Below the pieces are notes generated by a model. That model searched no databases, was not told where the DNA came from, and worked only from the letters and a program-made list of their open reading frames with translations. The translations under genes and the position numbers were made by a program. From NCBI GenBank assembly GCA_945906915.1, contig CAMDSI010000001.1, positions 1 through 45,714 on the forward strand: a stretch of 45,714 nt of DNA. The letters are read 5' to 3'. Positions 1 through 9,439 of this stretch are shown piece by piece; the first letter of the stretch is position 1; each line of letters opens with the position of its first letter. This DNA is from Spirosoma fluviale. GTDB taxonomy: Bacteria; Bacteroidota; Bacteroidia; Cytophagales; Spirosomataceae.

Positions 1-758
1 TATTTTCTGATTTCAATGAATCCTTTTTTGATACTAATGGATTAGCAGATTTAGCTAAATTAAATCCAACAGATTTCCCTGTCGTTTCAGGAAGATTAGG
101 GTCTTGCGTAGCTAGACCTAGTAAAATAGTATGTGTTGGCCTTAATTATGCTGATCATGCTAAAGAGACTGGTGCAGAGATTCCCAAGGAACCTATATTA
201 TTTTTTAAAAGTACAACAGCTTTGTCAGGTCCCAATGATGATATCATCCTTCCTAAAAATTCTACTAAGACAGACTGGGAAGTAGAATTAGCGATTGTGA
301 TTGGTAAAAAAGCATCCTATGTTTCAGAGGAAAACGCCTACGAATATGTAGCTGGTTATTGCTTGCACAACGATCTATCCGAACGCGAATACCAATTAGA
401 ACGTGGAGGAAACTGGTCAAAAGGGAAGGGATGTGATTCTTTTGCGCCTTTGGGACCCTATTTAGTCACAAAAGAAGAGATAACAAATGTGCATCAACTA
501 AGCATGTGGCTAAATGTGAATGGTAAAAGATTTCAGACTAGCAGCACAGATCAATTGATTTTCAATGTACCACAAGTCGTTTCGTATATCTCCCAGTTTA
601 TGACGTTATTACCCGGCGATGTTATTAGCACAGGAACTCCCCATGGGGTAGGTCTTGGATTTAATCCACCAATTTATTTAAAACTAGGAGACGTGGTGAC
701 TTTAGGAATGGATGGATTAGGAGAACAACAGCAAAAAGTAATCGCTTATCAGGGATGA
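1..758 (+). CDS. Fumarylacetoacetate hydrolase family protein (probable 2,4-diketo-3-deoxy sugar-acid hydrolase), 5'-truncated
   Basis: The frame is open from position 3 (FSDFNESFF...PSKIVCVGLNYADHAKE), so the ORF-track start at 222 is internal. FAH motifs DWEVEL, HNDLSER, KGKGCDSF and STGTP are present. Confidence 0.9.
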   Translation, partial: FSDFNESFFDTNGLADLAKLNPTDFPVVSGRLGSCVARPSKIVCVGLNYADHAKETGAEIPKEPILFFKSTTALSGPNDDIILPKNSTKTDWEVELAIVIGKKASYVSEENAYEYVAGYCLHNDLSEREYQLERGGNWSKGKGCDSFAPLGPYLVTKEEITNVHQLSMWLNVNGKRFQTSSTDQLIFNVPQVVSYISQFMTLLPGDVISTGTPHGVGLGFNPPIYLKLGDVVTLGMDGLGEQQQKVIAYQG

Positions 759-1579
759 TTGATTCACATCAACATTTTTGGAATTATAACGAAGAAAGAG
801 ACACCTGGATAACACCAGAAATGTCCATTCTTCGTTCAGATTATTATCCTAATTACAGCGAAACACTATTTAGAGACCAAGGTTTTACTGGCTGCATAGC
901 CGTTCAAGCTGATTCATCGGAAGAGGAGACCTTGTTTTTACTCGCCCTGGCGGAACAAAATGAATTCATCCAAGGAGTGGTAGGTTGGGTCGATTTACAA
1001 AGTAAGATTATCGAAGATCGCCTAGCTTATTTAACTCAATTTGAAGCCATTAAAGGTTTTCGACATATCGTTCAAGGGGAAAAAGACCCCCTTTTTCTAG
1101 CTAGAAAAGAATTCATTAAAGGAGTAAAGACTTTAGCGAGTTTCGATTTAACCTATGATTTGTTGATTTATCCTCATCAATTGAAATCAGCCATTACTTT
1201 TTGTGAATCCTGCGATGATCAAAGAATCGTTTTAGATCATTTGGCAAAGGCGCCATTAAAGTCAGGGAATATTCAGGAATGGAAGAAAGAAATTCAAGCT
1301 TTCTCTCGTTTATCCCACGTTTCAGCTAAAATTTCCGGAATTGTGACTGAGGCGAAAGATCAATCGTGGACGCAGCAACAAGTGAATGAGATAGTAGGAG
1401 TAGCTATGGAGGTATTTGGTCCGGAAAGACTCATGATTGGAAGTGATTATCCTGTTGTTTTAGTAAATTCATCACTGGAACGTTGGGTACTATCGTTTCA
1501 AGAAGCTTTAGGAGGCTTAAGTGAAACCGAAAAAGACAAGATATACCGTAAAAACGTTACACAGTTTTATCAATTGTAA
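755..1579 (+). CDS. Amidohydrolase_2 family protein, L-fuconolactonase-like
   Basis: IDSHQHFW, GFRH, LDHLAK and GSDYPV motifs. Lies between an FAH gene and an SDR, as in L-fucose oxidative clusters. Confidence 0.8.
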   Translation: MIDSHQHFWNYNEERDTWITPEMSILRSDYYPNYSETLFRDQGFTGCIAVQADSSEEETLFLLALAEQNEFIQGVVGWVDLQSKIIEDRLAYLTQFEAIKGFRHIVQGEKDPLFLARKEFIKGVKTLASFDLTYDLLIYPHQLKSAITFCESCDDQRIVLDHLAKAPLKSGNIQEWKKEIQAFSRLSHVSAKISGIVTEAKDQSWTQQQVNEIVGVAMEVFGPERLMIGSDYPVVLVNSSLERWVLSFQEALGGLSETEKDKIYRKNVTQFYQL

Positions 1580-1584
1580 ACACT

Positions 1585-2367
1585 ATGAATTTAGGATTAA
1601 GAGAGAAAGTCATCATAGTAACAGGTGGAGCTAAGGGAATTGGAGAAGGAATATCCGAATCTTTAGCTTTAGAGTCAGCTATGGTGGCAATAGTAGGCAG
1701 AAATGAAACTGATAACTTACGTTGCATAGAGAAAATTCAGGCCACCGGAGGACAAGCATTTTCCTTCGTAGCTGATTTAAGTAATCCATCGGAATGCGCT
1801 CAAGTTGTAGATAAAATAGCAGCTACTTTCGGGAAAATAGATGGTTTAGTTAATAATGCAGGTCTAAATGACGGAGTTGGTCTGGAAACAGGGAATTACG
1901 AAAAATTCATTCAATCCATCAATGCTAATTTGACACATTATTATTTAATGGCTCAGGCTTGTTTGCCTTATTTAAAGAAGAGTAAAGGAGCTATCGTAAA
2001 TATTGGATCTAAAACAGCAGAGACTGGCCAGGGAAACACCTCCGGTTATGCTGCCTCTAATGGAGGACGCAATGCATTAACGCGCGAATGGGCTTTGGAA
2101 TTAAGAGATTACGGAATTAGAGCTAATTCAGTTATTGTGGCGGAATGCTATACACCCATGTATGAAAAATGGATACAAACGCTTGATAATCCTAAGGAAA
2201 AACTAGCGAGCATTACAGAAAAAATACCATTAGGTCAACGCATGACCACAAAAGAAGAAATAGGAGATATGGTCACTTTCCTTTTATCTCCTAAATCAAG
2301 CCATACCACCGGACAAATTATTCATGTGGATGGAGGATATGTTCACCTGGATAGAGCTATTTCATGA
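1585..2367 (+). CDS. SDR oxidoreductase, L-fucose dehydrogenase-like
   Basis: TGGAKGIG, NNAG and GSKT motifs, YAASN in place of YxxxK, C-terminal VDGGYVHLDRA; gene context agrees. Confidence 0.75.
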   Translation: MNLGLREKVIIVTGGAKGIGEGISESLALESAMVAIVGRNETDNLRCIEKIQATGGQAFSFVADLSNPSECAQVVDKIAATFGKIDGLVNNAGLNDGVGLETGNYEKFIQSINANLTHYYLMAQACLPYLKKSKGAIVNIGSKTAETGQGNTSGYAASNGGRNALTREWALELRDYGIRANSVIVAECYTPMYEKWIQTLDNPKEKLASITEKIPLGQRMTTKEEIGDMVTFLLSPKSSHTTGQIIHVDGGYVHLDRAIS

Positions 2368-3428
2368 GAACTTTTGACACATTTGAGAGTCCCGGATTAA
2401 TCGTTTATCCCGATCGCGTTAAACGTAATATTGCCAAAGTACTTGAAATGGTAAATGGCAATCCAAATCGTTTACGTCCGCACATCAAAACGCACAAAAC
2501 AAAAGAGGTAAACGATCTATTATTAGCAGCTGGTATTACTAAGTTCAAATGTGCCACCATTGCCGAAGCGGAACTCTTAGCTCTATCTGAAGCACCAGAT
2601 GTACTTATTTCCATGCAATTGATCGGACCTAATTTAGGCCGTTTCAAACAAATGGTAGAGCATTACCCTAAAACTACTTTCTCCTCCATCGTAGACGATG
2701 CCTTAGCTGCCTCAGAATTGGATAGAACTTTTGCGAAAAGCCCAATAGGTGTTTTTGTCGATTTAAATATGGGTATGAATCGCACCGGTATCAAGCCTAA
2801 TAACGCTTTTGCCTTGGTTCAGCACATTCATTCTTTGCCAAATCTACAATTAAGAGGATTACACGCCTACGATGGCCATATACGAGACAAAGTGTATGAA
2901 GAACGACGAAGCCACGTCGAAACGGAGTTTAAGCCTTTACACGTGTTATTAGAACAAATTGAAATAACTAATCTTGAATTAATCGTTTCAGGTACACCTA
3001 GCTTTCTGGTACACCACAAAAATCCACAATTTACGTGTAGCCCTGGAACGTTTGTATTCTTTGATGCGGGTTATGCAGAATTATTTCCTGATAAAACCTT
3101 TGAATTTGCAGTGGAGGTTATCGCGAGAATTATTTCCAAACCTACTCCATCAACCATTTGCCTAGATTTAGGACATAAGTCTGTAGCAGCTGAAAATCCA
3201 ATCGATAACCGAGTGCGTTTTATAGACCATCTAGATTGGATTTTAAAGTCTCAAAGTGAAGAACATGGGATTGTAGAAGTAGGTGATAGTTCAAATTACG
3301 AAATTGGTGACATCGTCAGAATGATTCCGTACCACATTTGTCCCACAGTAAACCTTCATTCGCATCTACAAGTAATTGATGGTGGATTATGGGAGGTCAA
3401 AGCTAGAAATCGTAGACTATGCTATTAA
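2364..3428 (+). CDS. D-TA family fold-type III PLP-dependent enzyme (D-threonine aldolase/D-serine dehydratase-like)
   Basis: LRPHIKTHK (PLP lysine), YDGH, SEEHG and PYHICPTVN (metal-binding His/Cys). Confidence 0.85.
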   Translation: MRTFDTFESPGLIVYPDRVKRNIAKVLEMVNGNPNRLRPHIKTHKTKEVNDLLLAAGITKFKCATIAEAELLALSEAPDVLISMQLIGPNLGRFKQMVEHYPKTTFSSIVDDALAASELDRTFAKSPIGVFVDLNMGMNRTGIKPNNAFALVQHIHSLPNLQLRGLHAYDGHIRDKVYEERRSHVETEFKPLHVLLEQIEITNLELIVSGTPSFLVHHKNPQFTCSPGTFVFFDAGYAELFPDKTFEFAVEVIARIISKPTPSTICLDLGHKSVAAENPIDNRVRFIDHLDWILKSQSEEHGIVEVGDSSNYEIGDIVRMIPYHICPTVNLHSHLQVIDGGLWEVKARNRRLCY

Positions 3429-4477
3429 TCGATGCACATTTAGACTTAAGTATGAACGCACTCGAATGGAATCGGGATTTACGTTCTACTATCAAGGAAA
3501 TTAATGAACGAGAAAAGTCTTTAACAGATAAACCAGATCGTGGAAATGCCACAGTTTGTCTAGAAGAATTGCGGAAGGGAAATGTAGGAATCGTGGTTGC
3601 TACACAAATAGCACGGTATGTGGCTCCAGATTCTAGTTTACCGGGCTGGAATAGTCCTGAACAAGCTTGGGCTCAAACACAAGGACAATTAGCCTATTAT
3701 AAGGCTTTAGAACGTACGGGGGATTTAAGACCTATACGGAATCTATCTGAATTACATGATCACTTAACACAATGGGAATCTGAAAATCATACCATTGGCT
3801 ATATTCTAAGTCTAGAAGGAGCTGATTCTATAGTCTCCTTAGAATACCTTGAAATTGCCTATCATTATGGTTTACGCGCTTTAGGTCCCGCTCATTATGG
3901 TCCAGGTCGCTACGCTCAAGGAACAAATGCAACAGGTGGAATCGGGGTAGCAGGTAAAGATCTTTTACGCAAGATGATGGATTTAAACATCATTTTAGAT
4001 GCGACGCATTTATGCGATGATAGTTTTTGGGAAGCGATGGAATACCACCAAGGTCCTGTCTGGGCGAGTCACCAAAACTGCCGCACCCTAGTGGATCACA
4101 ACCGGCAATTCAGTGATGAACAATTGAAAGAGATTATAAGCAGAGGTGCGGTAATAGGAATGCCTATGGATGCGTGGATGATGGTTCCAGGATGGGTTAG
4201 GGGCGAATCAACGCCAGTAAACAAGAACGTGACGCTTCATACCTTAATTGACCATCTGGTGCATATCTGTGATTTAGCTGGAAATACCGAACATGTCGGA
4301 TTGGGTACAGATTTAGATGGAGGATTTGGAAAGGAACAATGTCCGGCTGATATCGAAACAATCGCTGACTTACAAAAACTACCTGATTTACTAGTAAGCA
4401 GAGGATTTTCTGACGGCGATGTCGTCAAATTTTGCCACTCAAACTGGTTGAATTTCTTAGAGAAAGCCTGGACCTAA
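3419..4477 (+). CDS. Membrane dipeptidase (peptidase M19) family metallohydrolase
   Basis: DAHLD, LEGAD, DATH, ASH and GTDLDG motifs. No signal peptide. Confidence 0.85.
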   Translation: MLLIDAHLDLSMNALEWNRDLRSTIKEINEREKSLTDKPDRGNATVCLEELRKGNVGIVVATQIARYVAPDSSLPGWNSPEQAWAQTQGQLAYYKALERTGDLRPIRNLSELHDHLTQWESENHTIGYILSLEGADSIVSLEYLEIAYHYGLRALGPAHYGPGRYAQGTNATGGIGVAGKDLLRKMMDLNIILDATHLCDDSFWEAMEYHQGPVWASHQNCRTLVDHNRQFSDEQLKEIISRGAVIGMPMDAWMMVPGWVRGESTPVNKNVTLHTLIDHLVHICDLAGNTEHVGLGTDLDGGFGKEQCPADIETIADLQKLPDLLVSRGFSDGDVVKFCHSNWLNFLEKAWT

Positions 4478-5190
4478 GCTAGCGGGGGTGGACTTACACT
4501 CGTCCAGCCACCATCTACGATTAAGGTTTGACCAGTAATGTGTTTGGCCTTATCACTTAAAAAGAAACAAACGGCCTCTGCTATATCTGCTACATCCGCT
4601 GGTTTACCTAAGGGAGTTAAACGACTCCATTCTTTCAAATAATTTGCATCTTTCTCCGTTCGTTCTGTCATCGTTGCGCCAGGAGATACAGAATTAATAC
4701 GAATTTGAACAGGGGATAAGTCAATGATCAAATTTTGAACTAATTGATTTAAAGCGGCTTTCGTCATTCCATAGGCTGCTAAATCGGGATGCGCCTGATG
4801 ACCGGTAACAGAAGATGTCACTACAATGGAACCAGAATTACCCTCAGAGCGAATAGCCGTAGCCACTTCCTGAATTAAGAAAAACGTTCCTTGAATATTT
4901 AAGTCAAGCAAAGACTTCATGGATTCAGGGCTATAATCCCAAAAACTACCAAAAGTCGTAATCCCCGCATTACAAACGCATCCAGCTAACTCCCCAGGTA
5001 AAGTTTGAGCAAATGCTACCAATTCCTTGATAAAATGAGGTGAACTAACGTCCCCAGCTTTAACATAAGGTCCTGACAAAAGTGAAGGATCAATGTCATT
5101 CATAACGACTAAATGTCCTTCCTCCATCAATTGCAAGGCAATTTGATGTCCGATTCCTTGGCCAGCGCCAGTGACGATGTATTTTTTCAT
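4474..5190 (-). CDS. SDR family oxidoreductase (probable sugar dehydrogenase)
   Basis: TGAGQGIG, CNAG, YGMTK, PG and VDGG motifs. Directly downstream of the IlvD/Edd gene. Confidence 0.85.
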   Translation of the reverse strand: MKKYIVTGAGQGIGHQIALQLMEEGHLVVMNDIDPSLLSGPYVKAGDVSSPHFIKELVAFAQTLPGELAGCVCNAGITTFGSFWDYSPESMKSLLDLNIQGTFFLIQEVATAIRSEGNSGSIVVTSSVTGHQAHPDLAAYGMTKAALNQLVQNLIIDLSPVQIRINSVSPGATMTERTEKDANYLKEWSRLTPLGKPADVADIAEAVCFFLSDKAKHITGQTLIVDGGWTSVSPPPLA

Positions 5191-6906
5191 CTAGTGCGAA
5201 TCACGTGTTACAATAGATCCGGAACCACCCTTCAAGAAATCAAAATCAGCACCTAAATCTGCTTGCTCCACATGATCAATAAATAGACCCACATAACCAC
5301 GAATAGTTTTAGGTTTTTCAAGCGGCTGCGCTAATTTTCTAGCGGCTAATTCGTCCTCCGATACTTCCCAGTTAATTGTCCTGTTTTCCACATCTAACGC
5401 AATAAAATCACCATTTTGAACCCAATTTAAGGGACCTCCTGCCGCTGATTCAGGTGAAATATGTAAAACAACCGTGCCATATCCTGTTCCACTCATTCGG
5501 CCGTCTGAAATACGTACCATATCTTTTACGCCTTTTTCTAATAATTTCTTAGGGATACCCATATTGCCGACTTCTGCCATTCCTGGATAACCTTTAGGCC
5601 CTACATTCTTTAAAACCAGTACCGAAGAAGCATCCACGTCTAATTCTGGGGAATCAATTCGCGCATGATAATCTTCAATATTTTCAAATACAACTGCCTT
5701 ACCTCGGTGATTAAACAATTCTTTTGATGCTGCAGATGGCTTTAAAACAGCTCCATTAGGGGCTAAATTACCTCTTACTACTGCTATTCCCGAATCTGGC
5801 TTGAACGGTGATTCAAAGGAAGAAATAATATTTGCGTCATAAATAGGTGTGTTGTCGATATTTTCACCCACCGTTTTACCATTGACTGTTATTATAGAAG
5901 TATGCAAATGTTCCTTCATTTGATTCATCAAAGCAGGTAAACCACCCGCATAATATAGATCTTCCATAAAATGCTCCCCTGATGGCTGAATATTCGCTAA
6001 AAGCGGAATATTACGAGAAAATTCATCAAAGTCATCTAGCTTTAGATCCACTCCTAAACGACCCGCAATAGCAGTCAAATGTATAACAAAATTCGTAGAC
6101 CCTCCAGTTGCTGCATTCACACGAATCGCATTTTCGAACGCAGGACGCGTTAAGACTTTGGACATCTTTAAATCTTCATTCACCATCTCCACGATGCGAC
6201 GACCTGAATGCTGCGCAAGTACTTTTCTACGCACATCAGCAGCAGGAATAGCGGCATTTTGAGGTAAACTTAAACCCAACGCTTCCACCATCGTAGCCAT
6301 AGTAGACGCCGTACCCATTACGGCACAGTGTCCCGGGGTTCTTGCCATGCAAGCCTCAGCTTCAATAAATTCTTTTTGAGTTAATTCACCTAGTTTATAA
6401 GCTTCTGCAAAACGCCATACATCAGATGTTCCAATTTCCTTTCCTTTAAATTTACCCTTCATCATAGGGCCTCCAGAAAGAACCAAAGTAGGTAAATCTA
6501 CGCTACAGGCTCCCATCACTAAGGAAGGAGTCGTTTTATCACAACCGCACATTAAAACAACGCCATCAATCGGATTAGCCCGAATAGATTCCTCCACGTC
6601 CATACTCGCTAAATTACGGTATAGCATCGCCGTAGGTTTAATCAGAGTTTCTCCCAAAGACATCACTGGAAACTCCACTGGAAATCCGCCTGCCTCGATA
6701 ATGCCTTTCTTCACAAACTCCGCTAATTCTCTAAAATGAGCATTACATGGAGTTAATTCTGACCAGGTATTGCAAATACCGATCACCGGCTTGCCTTGAA
6801 AATAATCATCTGGAATACCTTGGTTTTTCATCCACGCACGGTAGATAAATCCATCTTTTCCGGTTTTTCCAAACCACTGCTGAGAACGTAAATCAACTTT
6901 ACTCAT
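5191..6906 (-). CDS. IlvD/Edd family [2Fe-2S] sugar-acid dehydratase (L-arabinonate dehydratase-like)
   Basis: NTWSELTPCNAH, GCDKT, HCAVMGTASTM, GGSTN and SDGRMSGT motifs. The C-terminal His (RDSH) is typical of pentonate dehydratases rather than IlvD. Confidence 0.88.
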   Translation of the reverse strand: MSKVDLRSQQWFGKTGKDGFIYRAWMKNQGIPDDYFQGKPVIGICNTWSELTPCNAHFRELAEFVKKGIIEAGGFPVEFPVMSLGETLIKPTAMLYRNLASMDVEESIRANPIDGVVLMCGCDKTTPSLVMGACSVDLPTLVLSGGPMMKGKFKGKEIGTSDVWRFAEAYKLGELTQKEFIEAEACMARTPGHCAVMGTASTMATMVEALGLSLPQNAAIPAADVRRKVLAQHSGRRIVEMVNEDLKMSKVLTRPAFENAIRVNAATGGSTNFVIHLTAIAGRLGVDLKLDDFDEFSRNIPLLANIQPSGEHFMEDLYYAGGLPALMNQMKEHLHTSIITVNGKTVGENIDNTPIYDANIISSFESPFKPDSGIAVVRGNLAPNGAVLKPSAASKELFNHRGKAVVFENIEDYHARIDSPELDVDASSVLVLKNVGPKGYPGMAEVGNMGIPKKLLEKGVKDMVRISDGRMSGTGYGTVVLHISPESAAGGPLNWVQNGDFIALDVENRTINWEVSEDELAARKLAQPLEKPKTIRGYVGLFIDHVEQADLGADFDFLKGGSGSIVTRDSH

Positions 6907-7537
6907 CTTTTTTTTCTAAGTCTAAGGTTTTAGAGAGGACAAAACTACCGTCCGCTCCATATTTATAATAACAAGCTCGGATACCAGATGTAATATCCGA
7001 ATAGGAATCATTTTCAAAATTAAACGAGTGGACTATAGCCGATTTTTCTAAATACAAACTATCTCCACCGGCAAAGCCAAAACGTTGACGACCCATAATA
7101 GCAGGAAAACGAATTGGTTTTACTTTACCTGCTACGTATTCAAAAGCAAAAATTTGATAGTTTTTACCCGCTAATCCTGCCACCCAAAACTCAGGCAATT
7201 GATTTCCATTCAAATCTGTAGCAAAAACAGAACTAGGATTAAAATTATCAATTTTCTTATCAATTAGTTTCGAATGACTTTTTTCTATTCGAATTATACC
7301 CTCCTCAACGACGATCGTAAAATCTTCAAAAGCGGAGGTAAGACTAATGGCACTTGACTTTGAAACCGTATCATCCACCGCAATACGGGACAAGGAATCG
7401 CCATAAGCTTTCACCACATCTATATCCGTCATTTCTGTCGTCTCTGGTTGATCGTCTAAATTAGAAATATAGACAAAAATATAGGCCAAAAAACCCAGCA
7501 GAATTAATAATAAGAAAAACTTCAACAGTTTAGCCAT
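6899..7537 (-). CDS. Membrane-anchored hypothetical protein, possibly PliI-like lysozyme inhibitor
   Basis: N-terminal hydrophobic anchor. The pattern DLNGNQLPE...IRFP...GFAGGDSL...SGIRACYY resembles Bacteroidota PliI-annotated proteins as I recall them. Confidence 0.5.
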   Translation of the reverse strand: MAKLLKFFLLLILLGFLAYIFVYISNLDDQPETTEMTDIDVVKAYGDSLSRIAVDDTVSKSSAISLTSAFEDFTIVVEEGIIRIEKSHSKLIDKKIDNFNPSSVFATDLNGNQLPEFWVAGLAGKNYQIFAFEYVAGKVKPIRFPAIMGRQRFGFAGGDSLYLEKSAIVHSFNFENDSYSDITSGIRACYYKYGADGSFVLSKTLDLEKKDE

Positions 7538-8678
7538 TCGTTATCGATTTCATCCGTTTAATTGCTTCTTCCATCACGGACTTAGGGCAGGCAAAATTTA
7601 GACGAATAAAATTCCGTCCCTTAAATTGTTCTCCACGAAGTACATGAAGTCCTGCATCCCAGCATTTCTTTTGAAAATCTCCTAACAATACTTCATCATA
7701 CTCTATCCAAGCTAAATAGGTAGCCTCTAAAGGCTGCATAGTTAAACCAGGAGTAGCGCGCACATATTCTAAGAGTAAATCGTGATTTGTCTTTAAATAG
7801 GGTAGAAGCTGCGCTAACCATTCCTCGCCGTGCGCATAGGTAGCTAACATCACTTCAATACTATGCCTAGATAGCATAGAGAAAAATCCAGCAGAAGCTT
7901 TGGTGAATTTATCTCGAAGCGCAGCATCTGGAATTACTGCCACAGCACCACCTAATCCAGCGGTATTAAATGCTTTAGAAGTTGCGAAAAAGCTGATAAT
8001 AGGTTGTTTTTCGAATCGGCCTATCGAAATATGTTTTGATTGAGCATGCAAACGTAAATCGGCATGAATTTCGTCAGAAACGATGGTAACGTTATAAGCT
8101 GCACACAGGTCAACTATTCGCTTAATCTCGAACTCGTTAAAAACAGTTCCACCTGGATTATGTGGATTGCAAAGGAGAAATACTTTGGGTCCTTTCTGTA
8201 AGCCTCTTTCAAAATCAGCAAAATCAAAAGTCCAACGATCTCCTTCTTTAATCATTTCAAAAGTAATCAAAGGGCAATTAACCCAACCCGCAACTAAATG
8301 AAATGGGTGGTATACGGGAACAGCCATAATAATACCTTCGTTTTCATTCGTTAATGCTGCACAAGCTGCGGTAATGCCTGGAACAATACCCGGAATCCAA
8401 ACTTGCGAATCTATGGAAGTTGACCAAGAATAATCTCGTTCAATTTTTTGTTGAGCTAATAATTTAAGCGAATCAGGAAGAATAGAATAACCTAAAATAC
8501 CGTGAGAGGTTATTTTATCAATAGCTGCTAAAATTTCATCAGCTACAACAAAATCCATGTCTGCCACTGGCATAGGCAGCATGTCTAGATTAGGAGGGTA
8601 GGTGACATTATCCCACTTAAAACTGTGTGTATTTTTGCGATCAATTACTTGATCAAAATCGTAAACTTTACTGCTCAT
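7530..8678 (-). CDS. MalY/PatB family PLP-dependent C-S lyase (cystathionine beta-lyase)
   Basis: PMPVADMDF, LCNPHNPGG, SDEIHAD, ATSKAFN and RLNFAC motifs. Start reassigned to the ATG at 8678 (MSSKVYDFD). Confidence 0.88.
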   Translation of the reverse strand: MSSKVYDFDQVIDRKNTHSFKWDNVTYPPNLDMLPMPVADMDFVVADEILAAIDKITSHGILGYSILPDSLKLLAQQKIERDYSWSTSIDSQVWIPGIVPGITAACAALTNENEGIIMAVPVYHPFHLVAGWVNCPLITFEMIKEGDRWTFDFADFERGLQKGPKVFLLCNPHNPGGTVFNEFEIKRIVDLCAAYNVTIVSDEIHADLRLHAQSKHISIGRFEKQPIISFFATSKAFNTAGLGGAVAVIPDAALRDKFTKASAGFFSMLSRHSIEVMLATYAHGEEWLAQLLPYLKTNHDLLLEYVRATPGLTMQPLEATYLAWIEYDEVLLGDFQKKCWDAGLHVLRGEQFKGRNFIRLNFACPKSVMEEAIKRMKSITNG

Positions 8679-9438
8679 ATTCCGGCCTAAAGACATTAAA
8701 TCCTATCATGTTAGGATGATTCTTTAAATATACGGAAATAGATTCAACTGATTGACACACCTGCTTGCGATCTTGCGAGGCATGTACTAGATAAAAATTA
8801 CCCTTAATTTCACGCACGAAGCCTACATGTTGATAATCTAGAGCTTTACGCTTGGAAACAAAGGCAATAATGTCCCCCGTTTTTAGGTAAGAGGTAATTT
8901 GGGAATAATCAGAACTAGGTACATATATAATGGGTGCCAGATTCTTTTCCATTAACTGAATAGTAGGAATCGTAATCAGGAGATTTTTAGATGCCAAATA
9001 ATGGGACAAAAACTCAACTTTTTTAACCGCCAAAACGCGAAAAGCCGGAGGAATAACCTGTTTAAACAAGCCTCTGTCTTCCATTTGAAAAAAAGTGGCA
9101 CTCAAATAATGATTTCTAGTTTCATAAGAAATTGGCTTTCTCTCATAACGAATTTGCTCTAATTCATGCAAGAATGCAGAATCGATTCCTTTAGACCGGT
9201 ACAAACTCCATACATTCTCAACAAATGTCACGCAATCAAATCCGCCAAAATCTACAACGAATTTCTCTGGATTTTCTTTTGACAAAGCATGTGAAACATA
9301 AGGCAATCCATAAAATTGTTTAGCTATAGACAAAGGATCGTGCAGTCTATTTGCCTCTTGCACTTTCTTATTTAAGGCAGATGGAATAACCTGTGCTAGA
9401 CTCAGGAAAGGAAAAAAAACTAATATCCAAATCTTCAT
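8668..9438 (-). CDS. DUF1460 family N-acetylmuramoyl-L-alanine amidase-like protein (AmiA, NlpC/P60 superfamily)
   Basis: FYGLPY, FDCVTFVE (catalytic Cys), RNHY, QHVGF and HAS motifs. The signal peptide begins at ATG 9438 (MKIWILVFFPFLSLAQ); the ORF-track start overlaps the MFS gene. Confidence 0.85.
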   Translation of the reverse strand: MKIWILVFFPFLSLAQVIPSALNKKVQEANRLHDPLSIAKQFYGLPYVSHALSKENPEKFVVDFGGFDCVTFVENVWSLYRSKGIDSAFLHELEQIRYERKPISYETRNHYLSATFFQMEDRGLFKQVIPPAFRVLAVKKVEFLSHYLASKNLLITIPTIQLMEKNLAPIIYVPSSDYSQITSYLKTGDIIAFVSKRKALDYQHVGFVREIKGNFYLVHASQDRKQVCQSVESISVYLKNHPNMIGFNVFRPEYEQ

Positions 9439-9439
9439 C

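Noticed and set aside
7530-8678. MalY homologue near maltose genes as a maltose regulator
   Set aside because: E. coli MalY regulates through the MalT activator, for which there is no evidence here. A housekeeping C-S lyase is the simpler reading.
9391-9401. Third GTCTAGCACAG match on the minus strand
   Set aside because: It lies inside the amidase signal-peptide coding region with no adjacent promoter, so it is probably chance.
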